From Psilocybe cubensis (taxonomy: Eukaryota), in contig CM038998.1 of the NCBI GenBank assembly GCA_017499595.2, positions 4,092,001-4,156,000 of the forward strand: a stretch of 64,000 nucleotides of DNA. Reading direction: 5' to 3'. The notes below the pieces were generated by a model. It saw nothing but the letters and a program-made list of their open reading frames with translations, was not told the origin of the DNA and ran no database searches. This document shows, piece after piece, positions 49,588 to 63,827 of this stretch. The translations under genes were made by a program, and so were the position numbers. Position 1 is the first letter of the stretch; each line of letters begins with the position of its first letter.

Positions 49588-50563
49588 TCACTTGGTCCAC
49601 ACGTCTTTGTTCTCTTGAAAGTACGCAAGCACCGTATGCCTCCCCACGAATTTTCTTCCCTCATCGACGAGCTTTTTGTCCTTGAATATCGCTTCCTCCC
49701 GTCCCTGAACGACATCTGCGTCCAACTCTGCGAGAAGTTTTGAATAATCAGAGGGTATTCCAAGGGATATGTAGAACGCGAGCTGTTCTTCAATCGTAAC
49801 CCGCTTATATACGATAGGGCGTCCAAGGACAGACGATGCAATTTTGGCAGCCTAGTATCTGTCAGTGAGAAGAGTTATAATCAAATTTTGGGAAGTACAT
49901 ACATCGTCGTAGGAAAGTGCCTCAGGTCCAACAATAAAGATGTCTTTATTGGGGCTTTTCTCAGCCGTTAAGGACTCGAATGCGGCTTGTGCTATATCCT
50001 CTGTTGAAATGAAGGGTATGCGTCCGTCCTGAGCAGATGAAGTGATTTCATTACGTTCCTTGATGCTATTTGCATATGCGTAACCGAAGTTTTCTGACAA
50101 AATATTATGTGAGTTTTCAAGTAATTATGATAAGGCTGTGGACATGGATGGCCTCACGAATAAACCAGGTGGGACGCAGAATTGCATAGTCTACACCTTT
50201 GTCAAGTAGATGTTGGTGAATCACGCCCGAGGCAGTTTCAGACGTCGCTGATGGTTCATATTGAGATGCAGACAACAAAACGAATCTCTTTACTCCTTTC
50301 GATATCGCAAGGTCGATGAAGGATATAACGACTGCCGGATCGTTGATGCCAGGAGGTCCAACGATATACACCCGGTCAATAGAGTTGTCGCTCAACGCAG
50401 CTTCATGGGTTTCCGAATTAAACCAATCGAATTTGATTGCTTTGAATGGTTTAGGGGCTTCTCCTGCGCGCGTAGCTATCACCAGCGACCGGTTTGCGGC
50501 ATGCAGAAGTTTCGCAAGTGCGAGGCCGGTTTTTCCTGTCCCTCCTGTGATGAGTGTTGTCAT
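49588..50563 (-). CDS. NmrA-like reductase, EasG-like (copy B)
   Basis: MTTLITGGTGKTG...LRPTWF|ENF...DGRIPFISTEDIA...FQENKDVWTK*. Same 3-exon layout as copy A. Confidence 0.88.
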
Positions 50564-52601
50564 GATGCGCTTTGTACCAGTGTGAAATAGTTTCTGAGAC
50601 AAGTGTAATCCGTCTAGGATATTGAAATGTGGATGCTTGGGACTGATAAAGTTGACCGCAAAAGCAAGCCTTATATTTGCCAATGGATTCGAACTTGATG
50701 ACACATCATAAAGATGGCTGCGCTTCTACAGTGTTCCATGAGCGCTGATTATTAGCATGCTTATTGTCTTACCAATGTCCTTGTTGCTGAGCAAGCTGTG
50801 TGGTTTACCTGGTTAAGCCAAGACTGACGTGCCAGATGCATGTCGTTTAATTTCATTGCTCCCGATTCATAACATCATCTGCGGTATATACTCAAAATAA
50901 TATCTCGTAATGAAAATGAATGAGACCGCCACCTGTAAGTTAAAGAAAGTCGAGAAAGAATCCGCTTCAGGTGTCTAGGACTAACGCCATCACGTCAGCG
51001 TTATTGACCAAATTTGAGCTCCAGACCGATGAACGACTGGCAAGCCTGTTCAGGAATTGGGAATATCATCGAAAAATATGTGCACCATTGTGTTTGTTTC
51101 TATCTTGAAGAATACGTTTGACAAATTACGTATAAATTACACATAAACCTGAGATCATATGGCATTGTGAATCAAAAGGGCAGAATAGATGTATTCACAG
51201 TCACGGTCTACACGGGTTTAAGTTGTATGTTATCATTGATTGCTGCAAAGTGACGTTATTTCACGCAACAACACGGGTTTCAACAGTTTTGGATGGCATT
51301 CCACAAAAGTCCATGTAAACATTAAATACCACCATTGTTGGGACGTTGCTTGCTTGCGACCGGAATCAGCTAGATATTATTCTTTAGTGTGTAACTCAAG
51401 ACTACATCTAGAGGTCACCTTGAATCTATCCTCGGGGGAGGAATAAATGTCTACCTGAGGCTCAGACTCTCTGTGACGTCCTCCAGGCATTCAGGGTAAA
51501 CGAGACCGGTGACGGGCGCTTATTCTTATTAACTTGTTTCAGTGACGAATAACGGAAATGTCCTGTGAATCATCCCTGATAAAAAGTTTGTTCAGGACCG
51601 AAGAATTGTTCTTGACAAATTATATGTTAACAGTACCCAAGTTACTCCAACTCTTTGAAATTGTTTAGAACATTAAAGTTAGATTACACCACGTTTGTAA
51701 AGCCATCTGAGGCAATTTTCTTAGATGGGAGCAGACAAAACTTTACTATACCATATTAATCTGATAATCAAGAATGATCAAAGAATGATTGCCTCAAATT
51801 TTTAAGGTTATTGCATATAAATGGGATGCTTACCAGCTCCAACGTGTCTGTTAGTTTCGAAGTGCATACTGACGAATTGTGCGCTTTTTGAGAAATTTAC
51901 GACGTTTCCGCTACGGTACTGGAATTATTAAAATTTCTTCTTCCCTCTCTAACAGTTATTAATATCGGAATCTGCATGCTTGTTAGCATAGGCACGACCT
52001 AGGCAGATTTTTAGGAGAACTAGCTTATTTTTCAGCTGTAAATCTCTTATACGTAATTGTGCGCCAAGCACCGAACTCGGAAGCAACTTTGGCAAGCCGC
52101 CGAAATTTGGTAAATTTCAGTCTCCGAAGAAGATCCGACGAATTATCTATAGTACGGCAAGCCGGCACATCACACGTGTCACTTGCTCGAATGAGTCGGC
52201 AGGGTTGCTTCACAGATGAGGCATTATTTCCAACTATTTCCAAAGTATTTCTCAATTGCTCTCAGTCTGAATGTCCCTCAAGTAGATGCAGGAAGGGATC
52301 ATTGCGGAAGCTAACACATTTGGGCAAGCTTGGATACCTTGCTCTTAATTGAATTCAGAGTCGTGTTTACAACGAAAGGTGGCGTGGAGTGTTGTGTCAA
52401 GTGCGTATCTCCAAATTACAACATTCATCGACAGTGTAGTCTCAAAAATATTCCAAAGCTTCTTTTCTCTGTTGAAATAGAGCCACGATTGTGAGAGAAT
52501 TGGAACCGCTGTCTACCTCATCCGACGACCCGATCTAAAGGTCTTCCGAGCACGCGACGTGGAGATAAATCCAGTCACCGGTTTCGTGTTCTACCACCAT
52601 A

Positions 52602-55600
52602 ATGCCTGGAATAACGAGCACGAATGACGCGGATTCTCCAGTTCGAATTGTCGTAACCCCTTCACAGTCTTCGTTCTTTGCGGGGGAATCCTTCTCTGTA
52701 ACCATAACCTTCACCAATACGCGATCAACAGAGGCGGGTCCGTCGAAACCGACCCCTCATTCGCACAAACGAGGAGCACACTCTATAAGTTCAGCACCTC
52801 TCGCTCGACCGCCTACTTCTCCTGGTACACCGCGTAGCGCCGCCATACATACCCCAGTTCGATCCAAAGTGGTCGAAGAAGTGCCCCGCAGGAAGGGTTT
52901 CATAGGGAAGGGAAAACCCCTGTCAAGTTCGGAGACACTACCTGACTTGATTGAGCAGAGGAGAAAGAAGCAATTGGTGCCTAAAGCTCTCTCTGTTTCT
53001 ATAACTCCGTTTGAGTTGGAGGGCCAACTCGCGGATGGGGTCACGTCACTATCGGCACCATACTCTCAACGATCGTTCATCCAGAGTGCGTCCTCTTCAA
53101 GTCGGTAATTAACTTTTGATTAAACACAAAACAGCCCCAACTACCCCTCATGTATCTTCCCCTTTGGCACGTACGGATTCACTCCCATTGGCTTCCAATC
53201 ACCCCCATGCAAGGAAACAGTCCCTTCTGGATGGCCAGTTTTCGCTGGACGTTTTGTCACCGACGACTTCTACACCACCCTTACCATACACGCCTACTTC
53301 GTCCACATCCACTTTTTCACTAGCCCTTGATCCCATCGCAGAGGCAACGATGTCGCCATATCCTTCCACCCCAGCCATTGGATCACCTACCATTGAACCG
53401 GTTTCATTCACACCTCATACTCCCACAGCCGATGTACCTTCACCCAACTCCGTGTACGCGTACCCACCTCCAAGGCCAACCAACCACCGCCCAACACCCA
53501 TTGGTCTCGGTCAGCCTTCCAACTCTCCGCGGGGGTACTTACATCCACCACGTTCTGCTTTTGCGACTACCTTCCCACCGCCCAACACAGAGTTGATCCT
53601 ATACTCTTATGCCCAGCTCTCCGGAACAATTCAAATCACCCCGGTACCGGGAGCACTGCCCACACCCGAACAATCGCAAACTTTAAACGCAGTGCGCGGC
53701 GCCCTTCTCAGTCGCTCCGTGTTAGGCGGCGGCAGCATGGACATCACATCCACCATGAGCGCCACGTCGCCCGCGTCGCCCAAACCACGGCTTCGGCAAA
53801 CGCACAGTCGCTCGTCGTCATTCTCCGCCGGACTTTTATCCATCCTCTCACCTACGTCATTGGTGTCATCAATCGCGAGCCCGTCACCGCCTGCGTCTGC
53901 GACGCACTCGCGAAGCGGGTCGATGAGGTGGCGATCGACATCCTCGACGGCCATGCCACTGGCTGCAACACCGACATCTGCACGATTTCCGAACAGCAGC
54001 AGCAGTCCCAGTGTACTCGCGTTTGGGAACACGTCCGGGCAAGAGTTTGATCCCGAGGAGCCGTTACCGACCTTTGAGATACAACCGGCGATGTTGGCTG
54101 TCGATTTGTCGCTTGCGCCGGGGGAATCTCGCAGCTGTATGTCTATCTAGCTTTCTATTCAGAGTCCGGAATTGGGGTGCTCAGAAACTGTGTTTCCAGA
54201 TACGTATACTGTCAAACTTCCGGACAATTTGCCACCCACTTTCAAGGGCAAAGCTCTAAAGTTTAATTATGAACTTATCGTGGGCACCTGCCGGGCAGGT
54301 CCTTCAGGAGGAAGCGGAGGTGGGGTCAGTGCGAATAGCATCAGTCGCGTGATGAAAGTTCCAGTGCGAATTTACAACCACGTCGCTGGTAAGTTCTTGA
54401 ACGATTCTTTTTTTCATTTTTTTTTTGAAAAGTCTGCATATTGACATGTCCCCGAAATGATGTCATAGTTGGTCATTCCATGAAACCGTATGATCTGCTG
54501 TGGCCGGTCAGCCGTAGACAGGATGCTGGTATGCCTGGTACAGAGGCCAAGGTTGAAGAGGAAGGAAACGAACTTGACAGGCTTTCGTCGGGCGTAGCTC
54601 GACTCCCTGCGTGTCAGTATTAGTTCCATCTGGATCATTATATCTGTTTTACTGACTTCTCTTCTTCAAAGCCTCGACACCTTCATCATCCGCTTCGACT
54701 AATACACGTGAATCAATACAAGAATATGCGCGATCGCTATTGGCTTCGTTGCCAGAACCTGTTCCGCAGGAAGATGGTGGTTCTTCATGGTCCTCGACCG
54801 ATGGTGTGCTAGATGGCCAGGGAGAAAAAATGATTAACACGCGAAGAGCCGAGGAACTTCGAAGGACAGAGAGTGAAAGGGAGCGCGTGGAGGAAGTTAA
54901 TTTAACGGGATGTCGAGAGGCTGTGGAAATTTTGACTCGAAATCCCAAAAAAGGTACTACTGACTCTCAATCAAGTTGTAGGATGTTGCTAATTCCGTTG
55001 TCTAGCTTCATATGATGTTAATAAGGATGGAGTCAAAGTTGCTGTTCTTACTTTCACAAAATCTGCGTATCGTCTTGGGGAGACTGTGACAGGAGTGGTG
55101 GAGATTAATGAACGAACAAGCAGAGCTCGAGTTCTAAAGGTATGTTTGTACTAGCACTAAAAAAGTTCTTTACTAAGGTGACATATCGCTTCAAGTTGTC
55201 AGCCATTCTTGAATCCCATGAGACATTACCTTCAACAATATCACCTCCATCAAGTGCAAAACATCTTCGCCGAGCGCATGCAGAATCGCACTGTTCATTC
55301 ACCCTTAACACCCTCCGTACGACTTTTTCCCTCGACATCCCGTCAGATGCCAGTCCTGCTTTCCAGGTCCGCGTCGGAACACCAGTCAGCTCTCCTTCAT
55401 CCCCACATCACACGCAGCCGCCGACACCAGGGGGTTTGGAATGGAAAGTCCGCCTGTGTTTGTTAGTGGGTATAGCTTCAGAGACGTCACACACCGGTGT
55501 CCAAAACGTGCGCTTCAAAAGTCTCATGCGGGACGGTCCGCGGGGGGAATGGGGTTCGTCATGGCGCGCGACTCCTGGGAACGCGCCCCTAGAAAAACCG

Positions 55601-55987
55601 AATCTGAAACTTGAAGCGGCGCGCGCACAACAACAACAACGCGCCGCCCAGCAACTGTCCTCTCCCCGAGCGTGGTCACGGTTTATTGTATCGTCCATCC
55701 TATATGGATCGCAGAGCAATGACACCGCGGAGAGGGAGTATCATGACGGTGATGTTTTAGATACTGACGAGGAAGATGGGGACTTGTTTAGCGGGGACGC
55801 TGATGGCGATGGTTATGATGGGATTATCCCTGACCTTGCGGGTGGTGTTGGGGTTGGGGTGGATTTCTCTGGTGGGGAGGAAGGTTGGCGGAATGTGAAG
55901 CTCGAAACTGTGGAATGTGAGGTGCCTGTGAAGGTGTTCCCTGGGAATACTGCTTTCAAGGCGCTGGATGTCGTATTTGATGTCTGA
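52602..55987 (+). CDS. RGP1: Rgp1 (Ric1-Rgp1 Rab6/Ypt6 GEF subunit)
   Basis: VTPSQSSFFAGE, LILYSYAQLSG, DLSLAPGESRS|YTYTVKLPDNLPPTFKGKALKFNYELIVG, YDVNKDGVKVAVLTFTKSAYRLGE, ECEVPVKVFP. Confidence 0.85.
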
Positions 55988-57194
55988 TTTCTTCAGACTC
56001 CCGACGCGCCTTTCACCCGAAGGTAAAATCAACCGGTATTTCTCTTTCAAGTGGATAAGGATGGATGTATGTATTCAGGTTTTTTCTCTTTTCTTTCTCT
56101 TTTCTTTATTTCTATTTTTTTTTCTCACTCCTTTCTTTATTCTCTTGTTTTATTTGATTGCATCGTCTCATCCTTCTGAAATCATTTTTCTACTCATCAT
56201 TTATTTTTATCATCTTCATGGGTGGCATATTGCAAGTGGAATTCAAATCAATATTTTATATACATGTTAAGATTTTACGAAGCTATGAATTGACACAGCG
56301 ATCAACGTCAACCTATGACGCAATCAGCATCTGATAGACTACAGCACAATACTATATAAGGTGTATCCCTTTCCAAATTGAGATACCTAAAAAAGAAGAG
56401 GGTTTTGTCAATACTAAAGGGAGATATGCCAACTTTAACAAAAGTGCACCATCTCCCCTTTGAAGTGGTGGATTGAAACTTCATTGTACCCAAGCACATC
56501 TCACCTCAAGGCAAACCGTCACTGGATATATCTTTGAGTTGACTCAAAACTTATGACTTGTTCAGCATGGTACCAGCGTTCTTGCATGTTACAATATCAA
56601 ATACGGCGATGAACTGACCACAAGGGACCCAAATATTCAGCTCCGATACTGTAAGAGCCATCGCCAGTGCAATAGCCTCACCCTGTAAGCATAGCCATGA
56701 TGACCGGTGCTGCCAAGAGCAAGCGGGATACTACACCGTTATCCCAATGTATCGCTTAGTTGTGTATAGCCACCATCACATCGAAGCAGTCGCATGCCCA
56801 AATTGCCTTTATTCACTAAACAGCATGCTAAACATCATGCATCATGATTAAGTTTTCCAGAGATACAGTAGCTATTGCTCAGCACTACCGTATTTCTGAG
56901 AAATCTTCACAAAATCATTTTAGCTAGCCACGAGGAACGAAGGAAGCAACCGAGTTGAACGATGCTAGGATCCTCCGCTTAGCGGACATAAGATTCCGCG
57001 TCCTGATTGGGAGTAAATTCGGAGTGACGCAGGTGATACTCTCCGACCTTCCCGCCTCTAACAGTGTGTCATGTATATGGTACACAAGCGCAGTCAGCTT
57101 TATTATCAAATAATGAGCACAGTACTGAAGGTGATCTACAGTATAAATAGGCCTTTTGGAGAGCAATTTCTAGCATTATCTCAGCTCAGACAAC

Positions 57195-57896
57195 ATGCCT
57201 TTCACTTTCTCCCTCAAACAAATCGTCGTTGGCGGGCTTCTTCTGTTTGCCTCCGCAGAAGCAGCTGTAATCAGCAGTTCCCATGCTCAGTACACGGTCG
57301 TCAACAATTGTCCCGATGCTATTCTCGTGCGAAATAACGACACCAACTCGACTCTCGCAGCTGGATCCTCTATCACTAAGACGCTTCCAATCAACAACGC
57401 TGGCACATTTGTAGGAAGCACTCCTGGGTTTGGTGCTATATCCGGTTTGATTGCAGGATTCCAAGCAGTAAGCAGACTGAATGTATACATAGTATTTTAC
57501 ATTCTGACAGATTATCTAGCCAAGTACCTACTACATTGCCAAACTCAGCAGAACACCAGTCTTCTATGGAGTCAGCATCGCACCAAGCACAGTTCCCGCT
57601 ACCCCTAATGTATGTTGATATTTCCGGTATTTTGTATTGATTCATTTAATTAATGCATGGATTTGCAGAGCGAGGCACTGTGCAGTAAGGCCAGATGTGA
57701 TAACGTAGACTGCGCCGACGCCTTGCCCAACCTCCTGCAGGAGTTGTCAACCCTACCTTTCCCGGACATACATGCCCTGGGAATGATGTATCTTACACGA
57801 TTATGTGAGTTAGTTCTGGAGATTATGTGTTTGTTGAAACTAAAGAGCTGCAATAGCTTCTGCCCATCTGGAAATTTTAACAACAACAATCTATAA
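57195..57896 (+). CDS. Small secreted Cys-containing protein, thaumatin/osmotin-like
   Basis: Signal peptide, YTVVNNCP, YYIAK...YGVSIAP, Cys-rich exon, terminal SFCP. Multi-exon. Confidence 0.6.
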
Positions 57897-58654
57897 GTTC
57901 CAGAATGTAGTTGGGTGATAGCTTCAAGACAAGGACTAAGACAAGGACTTTAGTATACTAGTAGCAGCCTTTGACCATATCATACTCATTTATATCTTAA
58001 TTAGTAAAATCACTTATTCGAGTCCACGGTTATCTTCGCGTTTTTGTTTTTTGTTCATCCAGATAATAGAAACAGCAGTACAACACACTTGCGAAAGCAG
58101 GAAAATTCGTTGACGTTTTGCGTCGCGAAGTTCACTTTCTCACAATTTGTATCGGCTTCTCGGCATCTTTGCAAAATCGGCTGGCAGGAGCCGTCTTGTT
58201 TGAGGCTGTAGCACTAACAACGACCCGTCCGTATCATGGCAGCCAGTGGTTAGCTCTGGATGAATCCTGAATGTGCCCTGCATTCGAAAGCTAATGTTTT
58301 GCACTGGCAGATAAGTATACAACACTTGGTCAGGAATGTTTTCGAATAATCTAACAAGAACATGATGTGACTATGACTTCGTTAGGGTTTCAAGTTCTTC
58401 TGTGGTACGGTTGCTGGTTAATTCAGTAAATTGTTTTTAGGTAAGTCATCCATGTCACACTGGCTTGGTTGATCTGTCATAACATGCTCAGCGCCCTTGA
58501 GCGAGCGTGTTTTCAGAGCTCACCGCCGGATGCACTGCATGACATGCTAACAAGTCATGAGTCATAGTGTGCCAGTTACATTAAAATGAGCCGGTACCTA
58601 ACATCTGGTGTCTGACAACCCGCTACTCCTTCTTTCCTTCCCAAATCATCCTCA

Positions 58655-60287
58655 ATGGATCAGAACATCGTCCTCGAATGTGCTAATTTGCAAGCGGAGG
58701 AATACGAGGTCATCAAGGTACATCTTACATGACCTGCGTCATCAGTAATAGGAGCTTATCAAAATTGGTTAGGCAATTTATCCGGACTTTATTCTTTCGT
58801 TTTCTTCACCACCCAATGAGCCTCAGAGTATTCATCTTCAGATTGGTATCCAATTTTCAGTTCCAACTAAGATGGCAATTTATCCAATGATGTATGCGGA
58901 AGCCTGCGAATCCTCGATGTCTGTTACTGAGATTGCTGTTAAACATCTCCCCCCAATTTTTCTCGACATTTCCCTTCCACAGTGTTATCCACTCTCTGAT
59001 CCTCCGACAATTGGATCTATAAAGTTCCATTCATCATGGTTAATGGGCGCCGACGGTCTAAAAGCGACTTTATTAGACATGTGGGACGCCGGTGAAACGA
59101 CCATATATTCTTGGATCGAGTATTTACAGACTGGCCAGTTTCTGGGGGAGGATGAAAAACTTAGAAAAAAGTTAGTATCCTATTTAATTTCTTGTAGTGC
59201 TTACTCAACATTTGCATAGGATTTTCTACGACCCACCTGGTCAATTATCGGAGATTCTTCTGGACTACGACCTTAAAACACAACGTACGGCATTTCTTGA
59301 AGGAACGTACTTGTGTGACGTTTGCTTCGAATACAAAAAGGGAACACAGTGTATCTTTCTTTCTTGCTCCCATACGTTTTGTAAAGCTTGCCTTCGAGAG
59401 TTTTGGACGGCGGCGGTTCAGGAAGGCGATATTGGAAAGCTTGTGTGCATCAATCCAAAATGTATGAAAACTAAAACGGTTGCAAGTGAGGAAGAATTAC
59501 GAGATGTGTTATCCGATAATGCTTTCCGGCGCTGGAAATGGCTTAAGGAAAAACGCGAGTTTGAACAAGGTGAGCAAGGGTCTTTACCAAAAATTTATAG
59601 CGCGTCTAATATCGCACTGTAGATGTAAATCATGCATATTGTCCAATTTGTGAAAGCCCTGCAAGACCATCGACCGACCATGTGCCTGAAGATAAGGATG
59701 GCCCATGGAGTAGATATAGAGAGTGTCCAAAATGCAGGTTCACATTCTGCAGGGTGTGCAGATGTGTATGGTACGGTGACTCTGTCGGAATTATCATAAT
59801 GTTTTTAACTTCATATTCTGAATAGGCACGGCGCTCATTTCGACTGCCCTGTTCCTGTACAAATTCTGACTCGCTATATGGATGCTACAAAGAATGGCAC
59901 AGATACATCTTGGATGAAGTTAGTGGAACAAACGTATACGTCAGGCGTTCTCCAGCGCCAGATAAAACGTTTCAGGGAAGAAGCCAAGAAGCTGCGCAAG
60001 ACTCATTCCTCAAAACCAACATCTGCCCAAGTCAAAATCAGTGAAAGATGGCTGGCAACAAACACCCAATGCTGCCCAGGACCGGGATGCGGCGCGTACA
60101 TACAGCGGACCGAAGGTTGCAATCATGTAAGTCTTTGACTTTGAATTTTCGGGTCGCATCTCTTCTCATTTGTGTATTTTTGTGGCTACAGATGGTTTGC
60201 TCATTGTGCAAGCAATCCTTCTGCTATGGCTGTGGAAGGCCATTTTCAGAGCACGGATCCAAAGGCTGCTTGGGGAAATTTATCTAG
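58655..60287 (+). CDS. RWD-domain RBR E3 ubiquitin ligase (RNF14/ITT1-like)
   Basis: RWD (QAEEYEVIK, HLPPIFLDISLPQCYPLSDPP), RING1 CDVC..CSHTFCKAC..C..PKC, IBR CPIC..CPKC.F.FCRVC, RING2 CPGPGC...EGCNHMVCSLCKQSFCYGC. Confidence 0.88.
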
Positions 60288-60472
60288 GAAGGATGAGTTG
60301 TTGGGTCATCCTTACACTCTCTTGCATTTTTGGTTAACGTGAATGTGGTTCAAAATATAATCAATAATGATTTTGCGTGGTTGTATTAAAGACGAAGTGT
60401 GGTGATTCGCCATAGATGCTCTGGTGTGCAAGCAGTGTCCATGCTGCCTGTATGCGGAAAACATTAACATAA

Positions 60473-62820
60473 CTAGATAAGTCCAAACTGCTCAAAGGAT
60501 CGGTTATTCCAGCCAGTGTCAGATTCCTCTTTCTTGACCTCAGGAAATTTACCGTACTGGGGTGGCTTGGTAAATTTTACCGGGACTGGCTCTTCTGGAG
60601 GCCGCAGAGTGGTAATCTCCACCAAACACGACGAAAGAATACCCTTACTATCCCCCTCGTTAGTTGAATCTTCAATGTGGGAAGCCTTGAAAGAATCCGA
60701 GATCAAGGGAAGTAACTCGACATTGTACTGAAAAAAGGACAGAGAAACAGATGAAAGCTGGAGCCAACAAAAAAATGAGCATCTCACCTCTATCGAAAAC
60801 AGGCGACTGGAGTAGCTGGGCACCAAGTCGTCTTCTAGGTGTATCTCTCCCTCTAAGTAGCAATTTCTGTTGTCCAGGCTTTCTAGGTCACGTTTTGAAA
60901 GGGCACGCCACATCGCCAGGGTCAATATAGTACACTTTGTGAAGGTGCATTCTCTCTCGAACTCCAAGGCGGATTTGTCTCGAAAAGGAGTAACCGGACT
61001 GGATCCCAAAGGGCGAGTCGATTTGTGTATCTCAAATTGACGTAACCGTCGGGTGAGGCGCACCAGAGGTGCATCTGCCTGGCAGACAAGTTTTAAAGTT
61101 TGGATGTCATTGCTGGCGAATGTTAAATAACAGGGGATAGCCGTTCCTCGACAATATGAGCGCTTAAATGAACAATAATCAAGAAATGGGAGAGATATAC
61201 GTGTCAAATTGACCTACTGGGTTACCTATATGGAGCTATTATCATTCAGTGTGTGGTTAAGTGAATGTAAACAGAGAAAGTTAAGGCGAGAACACACTTT
61301 GGAACTGATTAAAATGGGTCGTCCATCGACCTCGCCTTTCATGCTAGCCTCAGGGAGTGCAAACCATCCTTCAGGGTCATGATATGGACCAGGAGCCACG
61401 GCGCCAGCAGCATGGGCACTCTGTCTCTTCGACGAGGCCGCTCGTGCGATGGTTAGTGGCACATAGGATACTTCTGTTTTGATTCTGCCATTGTGACCAT
61501 ATAAGTCAAGATCTTGGATAGATAATATAGGTAAAGTATTCACATGTTGTCTGGTCGAAGACGTCGTTGTATTCGTACAGATAGTGTGTATTCGACACTA
61601 GCGGGTATACCCCTTTCTTTGAAGCTAGGGGGTAACGGATCTTGCAAGTCAGCTCTTGTCAATGTATCCGACAGCCTTGGACTGGAGGCAGAAGCTCGTA
61701 AAGGGGATGATCTAACTGATTGTCCCCGAGAAGATGAAAGCATCTGCCAATGGTTATTCTTGGGTTTTGAATAGGCCAAATGTTATATACCTTTGATTTA
61801 TATGCTGCGCCTTGAGAGCGCGTTTCCTCGTAAGGTGAAAGCTGTAGGTCAGGCTGGGAATGAAAGACACGGGAACTTCCCGGGAGCTTTGGGGACCACT
61901 TCGACGATCCCCCAATCTGACCACGACGTAGCGGGGAAAGCTAAGTATTGCAAATGATTGAGGGGGATATAAGTTTATGAATAATGCTCGCCCCACATCT
62001 TTGTCAGCGATGAATCCAGCGACAGTTCTTCTTCATAGGGTGTCACTGATGTATCTAAATCGGACAACTGGGCGTCAGAGTCCTCGTTTGTCCGTCTCTG
62101 CACTTCTCCAAGTTGAAATGAGAATGGCATTTGATGGGAGCCTAGAAGTTTGCCGTCTTTAACTGGACTAAGCTTATGCCATAATAGATAGCTTTGATCC
62201 AAGATTTTGGTAGAAGATTCGGAGTACCAGTTCCATACCTTGCCCTGAAGCTGTTGAAGCAAATCAACAAATTTCATCAATCACAAAAAATCTACACGCA
62301 CAGCGACAGTAATCTGCTCAATAATACCCTTTGGACTGTCTATATCCAGCTCTAGCATTCCGAGCACCGGTTCCTGACCATATATCACGGGCACTCTGAG
62401 AGTAGTTTGAGATGATTTAGGCATTCCAGGCATAGTCTTCGGGGTGAACAGGTACACGGTTGCCCACGGCTTTTTGCTTTGGACGGAGAAGGCATGCTCG
62501 TAGTGTTGCACCACAAGCGAATCTTCATTGGGTTGTTCCACTGTTGGATGGGATGTCGATATGGTCGAATATCGTGGAGGAAGGACGGTGCGATCAGATT
62601 GGAAGGATGACCGACTGGCTCTAGTACGATATTGAGGCCGCTGTGCGGAAAGCACTTGAAATCTGAGTGTCTTCCCTCGTATATCCTGCTCGAAAGAAGA
62701 TGGCGCGTCTGCTTCTTCGGCTGAATCGCTGTATTGCGGCAATATGGTATTAATGCTCAGTGCTACGCTGTAAACAGAGGATCTCAAAGATGTTTCCTCG
62801 TTCGATTGGATGTCGGGCAT
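60473..62820 (-). CDS. Arrestin-like domain hypothetical protein (multi-exon)
   Basis: LPPRYS (PY-like), PVLGMLELDID, MPFSFQL, LPPSFKERGIPASVEYTLSVRI, RGTAIPCYLTF, LEGEIHLEDDLVPS. The middle exon structure (61750-62000) was not resolved. Confidence 0.6.
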
Positions 62821-63414
62821 CTTTAATCTTCAATACTTGGGAAGAAGTAGTAGGGATTCGTGGTAGATAGAGTTAAAGCTTGAAGCATTGACGTTGTGTG
62901 ATCTATGAAGCTTGACGCATGGGCACTTTTTGATGGTTCCCAAATCCTAGCCTCCGCTCGAAGCCAAAGTCCCCACAGTCGATCCAAGTTCGGCGGCTTC
63001 TCGGCGGTTATTTATATTGGAATTCAATTCATGGACTACTAATAAAGTGACATTGACAATTAGTTATCAGAATGAAGAGACCCACAAGTCATTAAATTAT
63101 GGCTATGCAAGATCAGCCATTGAAAAATGATCTACTAGCAACCCTCAAACCGAAAAATTTTCTAGATGAATTTTAGCCAAAATGGGCAATAACTTGCTGA
63201 AGGTTTCATAGTCCGTATGTCGCCATGAAGTCGAGCTGTGTGTTACCCCAGGTGTCTCGCCGGTGATCGATTGGTCCGGTTAAATATTTCACCTCTGTCA
63301 GAATTGTCGATGTCTTCTTCTGCACACTATCAGCACAGCAAGTCAAGATTGGATGCACGGGAGGAATTGGTTCGGGTACAAATACACAGGTCTTGGTACA
63401 ATTGTGGCTTTTTG

Positions 63415-63827
63415 TCATGAAACTGGTGCTGAGCCAACTTTTCTCTCCGCCGTTACTTTGTAGGAAATGTCAACATAGAAGAGTCTAGACCTGAAAAGAG
63501 AACGCACACCACGGTTTTCGGTCCATGGGACACTGCTGTTTTGACGCGGCAGTTCCAATCCACTTCAAGAGGCAGTGCATATGAAAGACATGTGTACATT
63601 CTCCCCAAACTACGTGCAACCCCGTGAACATCGTTAGCGCATAAAGGAATCAAATACTCACTAAGCGGACAGTCATCACCAGGCATCTTACACGATGGAC
63701 AGCAGCCTTCATAGGGTACTCTACAGATACCACAGACATCACCTTCGCCGTCATCGTCCTGCTCTGAGTGCCCTGTGTCCCACCGCCACTGCGCGACTGC
63801 GTGCCATTGCTTGACGGTAACTTTCAT
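63415..63827 (-). CDS. APC11: Anaphase-promoting complex subunit 11 (RING-H2)
   Basis: MKVTVKQWHAVAQWRWD...CGICRVPYEGCCPSCKMPGDDCPL|IWGECTHVFHMHCLLKW...CPMDR. 3 exons. Confidence 0.93.

Noticed and set aside
34763-50563. Ergot-alkaloid or other secondary-metabolite cluster
   Set aside because: EasG-like genes occur without any DMATS, NRPS, PKS or terpene synthase in the window.
50680-50705. tRNA T-loop-like GTTCGAATCC (minus strand)
   Set aside because: No cloverleaf stems around it.
56050-56270. Hydrophobic 100-aa ORF after RGP1
   Set aside because: T-rich 3' UTR low-complexity artefact.
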